Source: Candidatus Latescibacterota bacterium
Lineage (GTDB): Bacteria > Latescibacterota > UBA2968 > GCA-2709665
Length of the DNA stretch: 64,000 bases
Reading direction: 5' to 3'
Assembly (NCBI GenBank): GCA_965222075.1
Contig: OZ244937.1
Span: forward strand, 3,072,001-3,136,000
Shown: one piece after another, positions 19,135 to 28,875 of the stretch
Numbering within the stretch: the first letter of the stretch is position 1
Layout of the letters: each line of letters opens with the position of its first letter
Position numbers and translations under genes: made by a program
The notes under the pieces: generated by a model
Told to the model about the DNA's origin: nothing
Database searches by the model: none
What the model saw: the letters and a program-made list of their open reading frames with translations, nothing else

Positions 19135-22100
19135 CTAAAAGATCACCCGGATGCCGAAATGGGTCTGCCGGGGCTCATAAACCTTACTCGCCTCGGTCAG
19201 ATCACCGTAATTCAGCAGATTCTTGTCGTCCGGATTGGGGTCCGTCAGCCCGAACCGCATATAGTTTACGCCCCTGCTGTTCGTGGCATTGTCCTCGTCG
19301 TCGGCCTGGTTGAACAGGTTGCGCGCCTCAACGAAGAACGACGGGCGCACCCGACCTTTTGTGTTGAACGTCTTCTCCACACTCAGGTCCACGCGCGTGT
19401 TGATCGGTCCTTTGCCGACCTTCTGCTGGCCCCCCGTTGGCCTCCAGGTGAACCGGCGCCCCGTCCGGAGCCGCCAGAGCATATTCGCCTGCAAATCGCT
19501 AACCAGCCAGCTCGTCACCCTGGGTCCGAGCTGCACATTGGAAGGCGTATTCAGGACGAACTGTACGTTGGCCTGCCCGATACGGCCGCCCACCTTCTCC
19601 CCACCCCTCCCTCCCAGAGGGCCGCGGGCCGTACCGGCGTGGTTCCGGTAGTCCGTATAGAACTCGCGGTCTCCCACATCGCCGAACCGCCCAACGTACC
19701 AGAAGTCCCTGCCGTTGGGCGCCGGGGCTTCGTTCTTCGGCCACGACTGCGTCAAAAACCGATCCGGATCCACAGCGCTTCGTACGACCCTCGCTGCGTC
19801 TGCCGAAAACTCCACTTTCTCCGCCTCTGTCAGCGGCACCGGCGTCTCGGACCCATCCGCGTTGGGTGTGAAGGCGTACCAGAACTCGGGGCTGGTTATG
19901 AAGCTCACGCCCGGATAAAGTCTCTGGCCGGCCTGACCGAGGCCCATCCGGCCGTTGGCCGTCCACATTGACGCCCATCCCGCCCGGAACGAAAAATAGG
20001 TGCTCAACCGCTTGCCCACCGAAACCTCGAACCCCTTGGCATAACCGCCCACCCCATTGGTGGTCTCACGCACATACCGCCGGCCGCGCTTCGGGCCTTC
20101 CCAGCGCTGGTTGGACTGATAGGTGTGCTGCTGCGTCTCAGAGCGGTAGAACACCACCATTCCCGCCGTGTAGTCCGCCACGAAATTCCAGTCCGCGCCC
20201 ACCTCGAACGTCAGCGTCTCCTCCGGACGCGCCCTCGTCCAGCCGTCCAGGCCGCTGTACTTGGTCTCTGTCGCGTTGAGAAATTCCGTGCTGTCCATCT
20301 CACCATTCCCGTTCACGTCCCGCCAGGGAAGCCCGTTGGAGGCGATACTGCCGTAATTTCGGTACGACTTGGAGTAGATATTGAACAGATCCGGCCACTG
20401 GATAAATCGACCCAGCGAAAAGTGGATCTTCATCCGGTCCGTCACCGGGTGAGAAATCCCCAGCCGCGGGCTGAACACCACCTGCGTCGGGGCCTTGTCA
20501 ACCAGCCCCCCGCTCACATCCACACCGGACGCGGAGCCCTCCCCGTAGAGAAAATGACGGTTGGTGAAAGTCCGCCACATCGGCGCGTAATTGACCGCTG
20601 CGTCTATGGGCTCCTCGTGCCGGTGGATCTGGAAGTCCACCCGCACCCCCAGGTTCACGATCAACCCCTGAAACTCCATCTTGTCCTGGACATAGTAAGC
20701 TGCCCGGATCGGGTGCGCCGGGCTCTTCAGTGCCCAGGGTTTGTCTCCCCCCGAGTAGTGGTGGAGCCACACCTCCGACTTGCTCCGCATCAGCCAGAAG
20801 ATATACCACGCATCGTAACGGATCAACTCAATGCCCGTCTTGATAAAATGACCTCTGCTAATCTGGCTGGCCAGGTCGACCTTGAAACTCCAGCGCTTCC
20901 GGTCGGAGTTCACCCACGACCCGATCTGTCCGTCGAGGTTGAACCACCCGTCCCTGTCCCGCCGCGGATTCGCCGTCACCAGGTGCGCGTTGAGCGTGTC
21001 CTGAAGCGTCGCGCTGCGCCCGAAGCGGACCTCGTAGAAGGTCTTGGGTGAGAGGGTATGCGTAAAGGTCACATACCCAAGGTTGTCGGTATGCCGGTAC
21101 TGCCCCGTGTAGCTCCAGTTGGTCGGCAGGAAGATATTGCGCCCGTTACCCGACATCCCCCGGCCCGTGCCGCCCAGACGCCGGGTGGTCTCCATATTCC
21201 ACGCCGTGTACCGATGCAGGATCATGCCCGCCTTCACCTTGATATTATCCGCCGGCCTCAACGTCAGGCTCGCCGACCCCTGGATGTTGTTGGGCGCATT
21301 GATATACCCCCCCCGGTCGTCGTAAAACCCGTGGCTTTCCGGCGAGGGAATGCGTGCCGCCCGGTGCGCGTGCCTGGCCGAGACCAAAAACGATGCCTTC
21401 GGCCCGATCGGACCGGTCAGGCTGCCCTCTGCCGTATACCCGGACCAGCCCGTGTAATTCTCCCGCACGTGGATAATCCGGCCCGTCTTCGAATCCGTCT
21501 CCGCCAGCCACTCCGGGTCGTCCCATCTCATGTGGTCCAGGTGAATGGGTGAATCGTAGACATTCGACCCCCAGTGCTTCTTCCCCGCCGGCTCGAAATT
21601 GACCTCCGTCCACCCGTGGTAGTCTCGTCCCCCGTCCTGCGTCACGATGCTGATCGTGCCCGCCTGCGCGTCCCCGTACTCCGCCGGCATCACACCCGTC
21701 TCGATCGAGATCTGCTGTACCGCGCTCTTGTTCACACCGGCAAACAAGACCGCGCCGTGCCCGTCTTTGCCCGTCACCCGTACCCCGTCGATGAGCACCA
21801 CCGCGTCCGTACCTCTATCGCTGGACGTCTGCCCGCGGGGTGCCCGTCCATCCGTGATATCTCCACCCCGAATAGAGAAGGTCCCCGCCTGGTCCACGCC
21901 TGGCTGCAGGGAGATGAACTCCGTCGTCGTCTTGACCACAGGAAGCTGCTTGATCTCGTCGGCCGACACCAGGTACCGGGTCGACGTCTTGTCGATCTCC
22001 ACCGGCGGGCGCTCCGCCGTCACCACGATCTCGGCCGCCTCAATCGCCTTTTCCTTCAGCGTGAAATCAATCTTGCTTGTGTAATCGACCGCAACGGTTA

Positions 22101-22380
22101 CACTCCGCTTCGTCACATTCGTATACCCCACCAGCGACGCGGTGAGGGCATACGCCTCTGGGTCCACCGACACGATCACGTAGTAGCCGTCCGCATCGGT
22201 AATCGCGCCCCGCTGCGTGCCCTCAATCACCACGCTGGCCCCCGGCAGAGGTTCGCCGTCTGCGCCGGTCACCCGCCCGACGATCTTCCCCGTCGTGCCC
22301 GCAAAGGCGCCCGTGGTGCACACAACCAGCGCTAAAACCAATATCCCGATAAAAACAAATACACGCCTGTTTTCGTTCAT
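19135..22380 (-). CDS. TonB-dependent receptor with N-terminal carboxypeptidase-regulatory-like domain
   Basis: AGTTGKIVGRV, EIVVTAERP, IRGG, AEYG, FSPRLGISHP motifs; C-terminal Phe. Confidence 0.9.
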   Translation of the reverse strand: MNENRRVFVFIGILVLALVVCTTGAFAGTTGKIVGRVTGADGEPLPGASVVIEGTQRGAITDADGYYVIVSVDPEAYALTASLVGYTNVTKRSVTVAVDYTSKIDFTLKEKAIEAAEIVVTAERPPVEIDKTSTRYLVSADEIKQLPVVKTTTEFISLQPGVDQAGTFSIRGGDITDGRAPRGQTSSDRGTDAVVLIDGVRVTGKDGHGAVLFAGVNKSAVQQISIETGVMPAEYGDAQAGTISIVTQDGGRDYHGWTEVNFEPAGKKHWGSNVYDSPIHLDHMRWDDPEWLAETDSKTGRIIHVRENYTGWSGYTAEGSLTGPIGPKASFLVSARHAHRAARIPSPESHGFYDDRGGYINAPNNIQGSASLTLRPADNIKVKAGMILHRYTAWNMETTRRLGGTGRGMSGNGRNIFLPTNWSYTGQYRHTDNLGYVTFTHTLSPKTFYEVRFGRSATLQDTLNAHLVTANPRRDRDGWFNLDGQIGSWVNSDRKRWSFKVDLASQISRGHFIKTGIELIRYDAWYIFWLMRSKSEVWLHHYSGGDKPWALKSPAHPIRAAYYVQDKMEFQGLIVNLGVRVDFQIHRHEEPIDAAVNYAPMWRTFTNRHFLYGEGSASGVDVSGGLVDKAPTQVVFSPRLGISHPVTDRMKIHFSLGRFIQWPDLFNIYSKSYRNYGSIASNGLPWRDVNGNGEMDSTEFLNATETKYSGLDGWTRARPEETLTFEVGADWNFVADYTAGMVVFYRSETQQHTYQSNQRWEGPKRGRRYVRETTNGVGGYAKGFEVSVGKRLSTYFSFRAGWASMWTANGRMGLGQAGQRLYPGVSFITSPEFWYAFTPNADGSETPVPLTEAEKVEFSADAARVVRSAVDPDRFLTQSWPKNEAPAPNGRDFWYVGRFGDVGDREFYTDYRNHAGTARGPLGGRGGEKVGGRIGQANVQFVLNTPSNVQLGPRVTSWLVSDLQANMLWRLRTGRRFTWRPTGGQQKVGKGPINTRVDLSVEKTFNTKGRVRPSFFVEARNLFNQADDEDNATNSRGVNYMRFGLTDPNPDDKNLLNYGDLTEASKVYEPRQTHFGIRVIF

Positions 22381-22499
22381 CGCTCAGTCCTCTCTATTTA
22401 TGAGAGTATAGAACCATCCGTTTGAAGCCTCCCAACAACCACCCCATATCGCTGTTGTTCCAGGCATCCCTCCTTACAGTGGGGCGGAAATGATTGTTC

Positions 22500-23201
22500 T
22501 CAGTAGTGCCGTATCGTGGTGTCAAAATGGTCTTCAACTGCCCGCCGCATCGCGACCGGATCCCGGGCCTCCAGTGTCAGAAAGATGCGTTCGTGGCTTT
22601 TGAAAAGCGCCACATCCATCACCCGGCTGCTGTCCCACCCTTCCCGAAAAGCCCCAATGGTAATCTCGAGCAGCCCCCTCCCCAGAGCCTGCATCGACGG
22701 GTTCCCCACAACGTCGTAGATCGCAAAGTGAAACGCCCAGTCGTGTGTCAAAAAATCAACCGGCTGCTCTAACGTACGCCGCATCGCTTCAACGTGTTGC
22801 CCCAGGACCGCCAGATGGTCTTCATCAATACACTCGCTCACGATCTCCACGCATCCCAGGTCCATTGCCCGTCGCAATTCAACCATATCCAGAACGGTCT
22901 TCCGGTCCACAGTGGGATGAAAGGACAGAAATTGAAAAAACGCATCCGTATCGAAAGCCCGTACCGTAATTCCGTGCTTGGGCCGGGATTCCAGAATACC
23001 CATCGCCTCCAGAATCTTGACCGCTTCTCGCACCGAAGACCGGCTCACCCCAAACCCTTCCGCCATCTCCCGTTCCGTGGGCAGCCTGTCTCCCGGCGTC
23101 AGTCCCATCTCTGAGATATGGTTCTTAATCGCCCGGATAATCCGGTGGCTCAGGTTGACTCTCTCAATGGTCCTCAACAAAAAATGGCATCCCCGGTTCA
23201 A
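22500..23201 (-). CDS. GntR/FadR-family transcriptional regulator
   Basis: PGDRLPTERE..GVSRSSVREA HTH plus FCD-like domain (D.AFH..I); start uncertain. Confidence 0.9.
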   Translation of the reverse strand: MNRGCHFLLRTIERVNLSHRIIRAIKNHISEMGLTPGDRLPTEREMAEGFGVSRSSVREAVKILEAMGILESRPKHGITVRAFDTDAFFQFLSFHPTVDRKTVLDMVELRRAMDLGCVEIVSECIDEDHLAVLGQHVEAMRRTLEQPVDFLTHDWAFHFAIYDVVGNPSMQALGRGLLEITIGAFREGWDSSRVMDVALFKSHERIFLTLEARDPVAMRRAVEDHFDTTIRHY

Positions 23202-23277
23202 TCTGCGGAAATTATAAGTTTCTACAAAACAAATACTTTCAATCTGAATTTTAACTCATAGAAAGATTTATGGTATT

Positions 23278-23324
23278 ATGGTCCGACCAATTTTAATATA
23301 TCTCCATTTCCATCCTCCTGTCAA
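23278..23324 (-). promoter_or_regulatory. Sigma70-type promoter with overlapping FadR-type operator
   Basis: Minus strand TTGACA (23324-23319)-N18-TATATT, then palindrome TGGTCGGACCA (23289-23279). Confidence 0.7.
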
Positions 23325-23431
23325 GCCTTTTTTTGGCGTTCCTGTTGATGCCCGCAACTCAGCTTAGCGGGATCGGGGGTTCTACGCGACCTACTTTGAA
23401 GACCTGAAACTGCTTCCATAATTCGGGACGC

Positions 23432-24886
23432 TCAGGGAAAAAACGCCTTCCGGGGCACCAGCCGCTCCGGATTTTTCTCGTACCCGCGCTTCCACATCTC
23501 ATCAGCAAGCTGTCCACTCTCCATCAGCTCCCGCTTGCGTGCCCGCTGGTCCGCCTTGGCCCGCGCGTCGATCGCTTCGGGGCAGCAGATCCGGTAAAGC
23601 ATCCGCTGCATCCTTTCCTGTACCTGGGGGGCCTCTCTTCGCTCCATCACCAGATCGTGCATCTCGTGCGGGTCTTCCTCCAGGTCGAACAGCATCGGCC
23701 GCTCCCCCACACATTCGATATACTTGTACGGTCCCGAACGGATCGCGAACAGGCTGCCCGGATATCCGGCCCCGTGGTACTCGCACAGGGCGAAACCCGG
23801 CCCGGGCGCATCCTCCTCTCCCCGGATCAACCTTAGAAGGGACGTTCCCCGCATCTCCACCGGCAGATCCAGCCCCACGGCTTCGCAAAGCGTGGGAAAC
23901 ACATCCAGCATCGAAACCACTGCAGATTCGGCCTCCCCGGCCCGAACCCCGGGACCGGAGAACATCAGGGGTGGGCGGATCGACTCTTCGTACATCGCCC
24001 CGTGGTCGAAATTCCGGTGTTCTCCGCAGGTTCCCCCGTGGTCCGACGCGTACACAACCAGCGTCTCCTCCCGCAGCCCCGTCTCCTCCAGGGCCTGCAA
24101 CACCTGCCCCACATGCCGGTCCAGCATCTCGCAGGACGCGTGGTACCCCACCAGTGCCCGCCGCATCTCCTCGGGCGTTAGCAACTCCCCGACGTGGTGG
24201 CGGCCGTAGATCCGGTGGTAGGGGTGCAGGCGCGATCGGTCTTCGGTGAACCGCTCATCCAGACCCTCAAGCCTGACCAGAGGATCGTAGTGGTCCCACA
24301 GCTCCCGGGGCGGGTTCCAGGGCCGGTGGTGGTCGTTGAGATTCACCATCAGAATCCAGGGTCGGTCTGCCGGCCGGCCGTCCTTCAACCACCGGACCGC
24401 CGTCTCCGCCACTTCTCTATCCCCGGCATACGCATCCAGCGAATCCGCAGGCCCTGTCGCCCGGTGCTTGTGCAGCAGGTCGTACCGCGGCAGAATCTCC
24501 TGCGCGCGAAAAAGCGAGTGGATGTCCAGCTTATCCCGGTGCGTGGCCAGGTGCGTCTCTTCAACCCCGTGCTCGGCCCCGGGCTGAAAATCCAGCTTCC
24601 CGATCGTGGCCAGACGAACCCCCTGCTCCGCGAAATAGTGGCCCCACCCTCGAGGAACGCCCCCATACGCAAACACATTGTCCCACACCCCGGTCTCGTG
24701 CACATAACGCCCGGTCATCATCGCCGTCCGGGTGGGCGAACAAATCGGACTCAGACAGTACGCACACTCAAACCGCACCCCCCGTTCGGCCATGCTGTCG
24801 ATATGCGGCGTCCGGGTAATCGGGCTCCCATAACAACCGGCGAACTCCTTGTTGTGCTGGTCGCTCAGAATGTAGAGAACGTTCAT
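23432..24886 (-). CDS. Sulfatase (choline-sulfatase-like)
   Basis: NVLYILSDQH, CSPTR signature, SDHG, MYEES, FDLEEDPHE. Confidence 0.9.
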   Translation of the reverse strand: MNVLYILSDQHNKEFAGCYGSPITRTPHIDSMAERGVRFECAYCLSPICSPTRTAMMTGRYVHETGVWDNVFAYGGVPRGWGHYFAEQGVRLATIGKLDFQPGAEHGVEETHLATHRDKLDIHSLFRAQEILPRYDLLHKHRATGPADSLDAYAGDREVAETAVRWLKDGRPADRPWILMVNLNDHHRPWNPPRELWDHYDPLVRLEGLDERFTEDRSRLHPYHRIYGRHHVGELLTPEEMRRALVGYHASCEMLDRHVGQVLQALEETGLREETLVVYASDHGGTCGEHRNFDHGAMYEESIRPPLMFSGPGVRAGEAESAVVSMLDVFPTLCEAVGLDLPVEMRGTSLLRLIRGEEDAPGPGFALCEYHGAGYPGSLFAIRSGPYKYIECVGERPMLFDLEEDPHEMHDLVMERREAPQVQERMQRMLYRICCPEAIDARAKADQRARKRELMESGQLADEMWKRGYEKNPERLVPRKAFFP

Positions 24887-25072
24887 GTCCTCAACTCCCT
24901 CAGGCGAATGTTCCGATACGCCCACCGGCCCGTGGTCCCCCTGCAGCACCACAGAACGATATTCGGTCGCTCCGGCATAACGCGCTCCGTAAAAAAAGTG
25001 TTGCGTATTCCAAATTTTTACATAGATTTATACGTTCTGCAGATATTCAGGTATTGTTTCCAAAACCTCTAA

Positions 25073-25143
25073 ACCGCAGAAACGCGAAGATCGCAAAGAG
25101 GAATCAATCTTCAATTTCTCTGCGTCCTCTGCGTCTCTGCGGT
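25073..25143. repeat. Imperfect palindromic intergenic repeat (ACCGCAGA...TCTGCGGT with 9-bp subunits)
   Basis: ctctgcgtc-ctctgcgtc-tctgcggt arm pairs with accgcaga..; related half copy agagacgcagagaacgcggaga near 52942. Confidence 0.55.
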
Positions 25144-25160
25144 GAAAAAGGAAGTCCCGC

Positions 25161-26378
25161 ATGAACGAATCGCACGACATCAATCAACTCGACAAAAAAT
25201 ACGCCGAAGAAGCCCCCAGCGCCGAATTTGCGGCCCTCCTGGACCAGGATGCCTCCCGCAGCTGCCGGGAACTCTCCGTAGGGGAGCGGGGCATCGGCAA
25301 GATCCAGAAAATCGAGGGCACCCACGCCTTTGTCGACTACGGCGGGCGCAGCGAAGCCGTCATCGACATCCAGGAACTCCGGAACGACATGGGAGAACTC
25401 CTCTACACCCCCGGCGACACCATCGAAGCCTACGTCGCATCCGTCGAAGGCGAAGTCCGCTTCACCCTCTCCCTTCGCGCCGGCAGCTTCGAAATCCTCA
25501 GACAGGCCTACCAGAACGGCGTCCCCGTGGACGGGCGTGTGACCGGCTTCAACTCGGGCGGCCTCGTGGTAAACCTGGGCGGGAAACGCGCCTTCTGCCC
25601 CACCTCTCAGATCGACACAGGCTACTGCGAAGACCTCGCGTCCTACGCCAGCCAGACCCTCACCTTCAAAATCGTCGAACTCCGCAAAAACAACATCGTC
25701 CTCTCCCGGCGGGCCTATTTAGAGGCCGAAGCCGCCCGCCGTGCCCAGGAACTCCGCGCCAGGCTATCCAAAGGGGCCGAAATGGACGGCAAAGTGACCC
25801 GCGTCGAACGCTTCGGCGCCTTTGTGGACTTAGGCGGTGTCGAAGGCCTCATCCACGTCTCCGAACTCCAGCACAGCCGCGTGGGTCACCCCCGCGATGT
25901 CATCTCCACCGGAGACGAAGTAAGGGTCAAAATCCTCGAACTCAAAGGCCTCGGGGGAGACAAAGAACGCATCTCCCTCTCCATAAAAGCCCTCCAGCCC
26001 GATCCCTGGGACGACGCCCTGGACCGCTTCCGCGAGGGGGACATCGTCACCGGCAAGGTCGTCTCCATTCAGCAGTTCGGGGCCTTCGTCGAACTCCTCC
26101 CGGGCGTCGAGGGCCTCGTCCACATCTCTCAACTCGCAACCAATCGCGTCTCCCGTCCCGGCGAGGTCGTCTCGGTCGGCCAGGAGGTCCAGGCCCTCAT
26201 CCAGAAGGTCGACCGCGACCAGAAACGCATCTCCCTCTCCATAAAAGCCCTCCAGCAACAGGCCAAACAGACCGCCGAGACCCAGGAGATCAAGAACTTC
26301 CAGGCCAAGCAGGAGAAAGCGCCCGAAGACAGGGGCGGCCCCATGGCCGATGCCCTCCGCCGGGCCGGACTGATTTAA
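25161..26378 (+). CDS. S1 RNA-binding domain protein (short 30S ribosomal protein S1-like, about 4 S1 domains)
   Basis: Repeated FGAFV.L..GVEGL.H.S.L and RISLSIKAL motifs. Confidence 0.85.
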   Translation: MNESHDINQLDKKYAEEAPSAEFAALLDQDASRSCRELSVGERGIGKIQKIEGTHAFVDYGGRSEAVIDIQELRNDMGELLYTPGDTIEAYVASVEGEVRFTLSLRAGSFEILRQAYQNGVPVDGRVTGFNSGGLVVNLGGKRAFCPTSQIDTGYCEDLASYASQTLTFKIVELRKNNIVLSRRAYLEAEAARRAQELRARLSKGAEMDGKVTRVERFGAFVDLGGVEGLIHVSELQHSRVGHPRDVISTGDEVRVKILELKGLGGDKERISLSIKALQPDPWDDALDRFREGDIVTGKVVSIQQFGAFVELLPGVEGLVHISQLATNRVSRPGEVVSVGQEVQALIQKVDRDQKRISLSIKALQQQAKQTAETQEIKNFQAKQEKAPEDRGGPMADALRRAGLI

Positions 26379-26526
26379 AAGAAATTGTAGAATGCGGATT
26401 GCGGAATAAAAGACGTTCAATCCGCAATCCAGGGAGGGGAGACGATCCGGTGAGCCGGAGGCGGGCCTGCGCAGACAGGCGTTAGCCAATCGTCCGGAGA
26501 GGGGCAATGACTCTGCCCCCGATAAA

Positions 26527-26880
26527 ATGCCCCAATCACCCGCCTGCGGAACCGATCTGGAAACCCTCCAAAAAGAAGTCGAAGTCCACACCTTCCGGGG
26601 CAGTGGGCCAGGGGGCCAGCACCGAAACAAGGTGGAAAGCGCCGTCCGGCTGGTCCACATCCCCTCCGGCATCACCGTGGTCGCATCCGACTACCGGCTG
26701 CAGGGCCGCAACCGGGACCTGGCCTTCCAGCGGCTCCGGGAAAAGCTCATCCGACGAAACCGAAAGCCCAAGCCCCGCATCGCCACAAAACCCTCCCGGG
26801 CGGCAAGGGCCAGACGCTTAGAGCAAAAACGCCAGCAGGCTCGAAAAAAGGCCTTTCGGCGGCGCATATTTACGGAATAA
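26527..26880 (+). CDS. Peptidyl-tRNA hydrolase / release-factor-like protein (ArfB type)
   Basis: GSGPGGQHRNKVESAVRL GGQ domain plus basic C-terminal tail. Confidence 0.85.
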   Translation: MPQSPACGTDLETLQKEVEVHTFRGSGPGGQHRNKVESAVRLVHIPSGITVVASDYRLQGRNRDLAFQRLREKLIRRNRKPKPRIATKPSRAARARRLEQKRQQARKKAFRRRIFTE

Positions 26881-26886
26881 AAAAGG

Positions 26887-27924
26887 CTACAAGTCGCTGT
26901 ACCCTGCCTTAAAATGGTCGAACCCTGACATTTCCAGTTCCTTCCGCCCCCCTTCAACATCTTCTAAAAAAATCGTCGCCTCCCCCGCCTCAATCCGTCC
27001 AATCGGACAGATCGCTGGCAAGTCCTCCCACGCTTTAAGCGCCTCGACCCGCTCGGCCCGCTCGGGGTCCACCGTAAACAGCAGCTCATAGTCTTCCCCT
27101 CCCGAAAGCGCCGGGAACAGGGGGTCGGTCTCCGTAGCCTCACAGAAGGCCCGAAGAGCCGGTGAGAGCGGCACTGCGTCGGCTGCAACCACCGCCGACA
27201 CCCCGCTCTGCTTGCAGACGTGCCGCAGGTCCGAAGCGGCTCCATCCGAAAGGTCGATCATCGCCGTCACCGCGCCGGTTGCCGCAAGCGCCTGCCCCAG
27301 AGCGACCCTCGGCTTCGGCCGGTGGTGCCGGCGCAGCAGAAACGCCCTATCTTCTTCTGAAATCTCCACATCCTCTCCCAGCGTCAGCTTCAGCCCCGCC
27401 GCCGAATCCCCCAGCGTGCCCGAAACATAAACCAGGTCTCCAGGTCGCGCACCCGAACGGTAGCGCACCCGATCCCTCGCCATCTCCCCGGTCAGCGTCA
27501 GATTCAGCACCAGCGGCCCCGGGCTGCGTGTGGTATCCCCCCCGGCCACGTTCACCCCGAACCGCGAGGCGCATGCATGCAACCCGTTGTAGACCCGCTC
27601 CATATACCCCGCATCGAAATCGGCCGGAATCGCGGCCGAAACCACCGCATCGCGCGGTTCTCCCCCCATCGCGGCGACATCCGAGAGATTCACTGCCAGC
27701 AGCTTGTACCCCAACCCCTCAAGCGCCGTCGCCGCCACTAAAAAGTGGACCTCCTCCACCATCAGGTCCGCCGTTACAAGCAGCGCCCTCTCCTCCCCCA
27801 GTTCAAAAACCGCGCAGTCGTCCCCGATCCCGCACAGCACCCCCTCCTCCCGCACCAGCCCGTGACGTGCAATACGGTCGATAAACCCCAACTCGCCCAG
27901 GTCTTTAAAAGTAGGCACACACAC
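26887..27924 (-). CDS. thiL: Thiamine-monophosphate kinase
   Basis: GIGDDCAV, NLSDVAAMG, GGDTT, IDLSDG, GGEDYELLFT, GFDHF. Confidence 0.95.
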   Translation of the reverse strand: MCVPTFKDLGELGFIDRIARHGLVREEGVLCGIGDDCAVFELGEERALLVTADLMVEEVHFLVAATALEGLGYKLLAVNLSDVAAMGGEPRDAVVSAAIPADFDAGYMERVYNGLHACASRFGVNVAGGDTTRSPGPLVLNLTLTGEMARDRVRYRSGARPGDLVYVSGTLGDSAAGLKLTLGEDVEISEEDRAFLLRRHHRPKPRVALGQALAATGAVTAMIDLSDGAASDLRHVCKQSGVSAVVAADAVPLSPALRAFCEATETDPLFPALSGGEDYELLFTVDPERAERVEALKAWEDLPAICPIGRIEAGEATIFLEDVEGGRKELEMSGFDHFKAGYSDL

Positions 27925-27991
27925 CCCTTTCTCTCAGCCACCTAATCAGTCCCGAGTCTCAGGTCCCAAGGCCCGGGTCCCTCCCTTCCCC

Positions 27992-28780
27992 TCAGCTTCT
28001 GTCTTTTGACTCCTGACTTTCCTCCTTCCTCTGCCATTCCACCACCTCCCGATACGCCACATCGCCCCCGAAAATATCCAGCGCGCTCCCGATCGTCAGA
28101 TCCACCCGGCCCTTCCCCAGCGCCTTCACCCGGTCCAGATCGTCCAGACTCCGGGCGCCTCCTGCGTACGTCACGGGGATCGGCGACCAGGCCTCCAGTG
28201 CCTTCACCAGCGCCTCCTCGATCCCCACCCGCCGGCCCTCCACATCCACGCCGTGCACCAGGAATTTGTCGCAGTACCGGGCCAGCCGGGCCAGGGTCTC
28301 GCGGGTCACCTCCACCTGCGTAAACCGCTGCCACCGGTCGGTCACCACCACATAGGCCTCGCCCCGCCGCCGGCAGCTCAGGTCCAGCACCAGCCGCCTC
28401 CGCCCCACCCTCGTCGCCATCCCGTTGAGCCGGTCGGTATCGACCCGGCCCTCCCGGAAGACGTAGGACGTCACAATCACGTGGCTGGCTCCCGCATCCA
28501 GGTAGCGCCCTGCGTTCGCCGGCGTAATCCCGCCCCCCACCTGCAACCCGCCCGGATAGGCCGCCAGCGCGGCAAGCGCCTCGGCCTCATTCCCCTTCCC
28601 CAGCATAATCACGTGCCCCCCGCGCAGGCCGTCCACCCGGTACATCCGCGCGTAATCCGCAGCGGACCGCTCCGTCTCAAAATGCGTCACCGGTCCCTTC
28701 GGGTCGCCCTCCCGCAGGGAGCCCCCCACGATCTGCACGACCCGCCCCCCGCGCAGGTCGATACACGGTCTGAATCTCAT
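27992..28780 (-). CDS. hisA: ProFAR isomerase, eukaryotic (His6)-type
   Basis: FRPCIDL..G.V.QIVGG, GGHVIMLG, LQVGGGI, LVLDLSCR, LTIGSALDIFGG. Confidence 0.9.
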   Translation of the reverse strand: MRFRPCIDLRGGRVVQIVGGSLREGDPKGPVTHFETERSAADYARMYRVDGLRGGHVIMLGKGNEAEALAALAAYPGGLQVGGGITPANAGRYLDAGASHVIVTSYVFREGRVDTDRLNGMATRVGRRRLVLDLSCRRRGEAYVVVTDRWQRFTQVEVTRETLARLARYCDKFLVHGVDVEGRRVGIEEALVKALEAWSPIPVTYAGGARSLDDLDRVKALGKGRVDLTIGSALDIFGGDVAYREVVEWQRKEESQESKDRS

Positions 28781-28875
28781 GGGTCTCCTTTGCTGAGTGG
28801 AAACGTACTCCTCTATGGAAAAGGCCAGAGGATCTCACCCCTGGCCTTTCTGTTCGAAAGCCTCTGCCCTCCTGC

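Noticed and set aside
25960-26260. Repeat aacgcatctccctctccataaaagccctccagc
   Set aside because: Ends of consecutive S1 domains; not CRISPR or mobile DNA.
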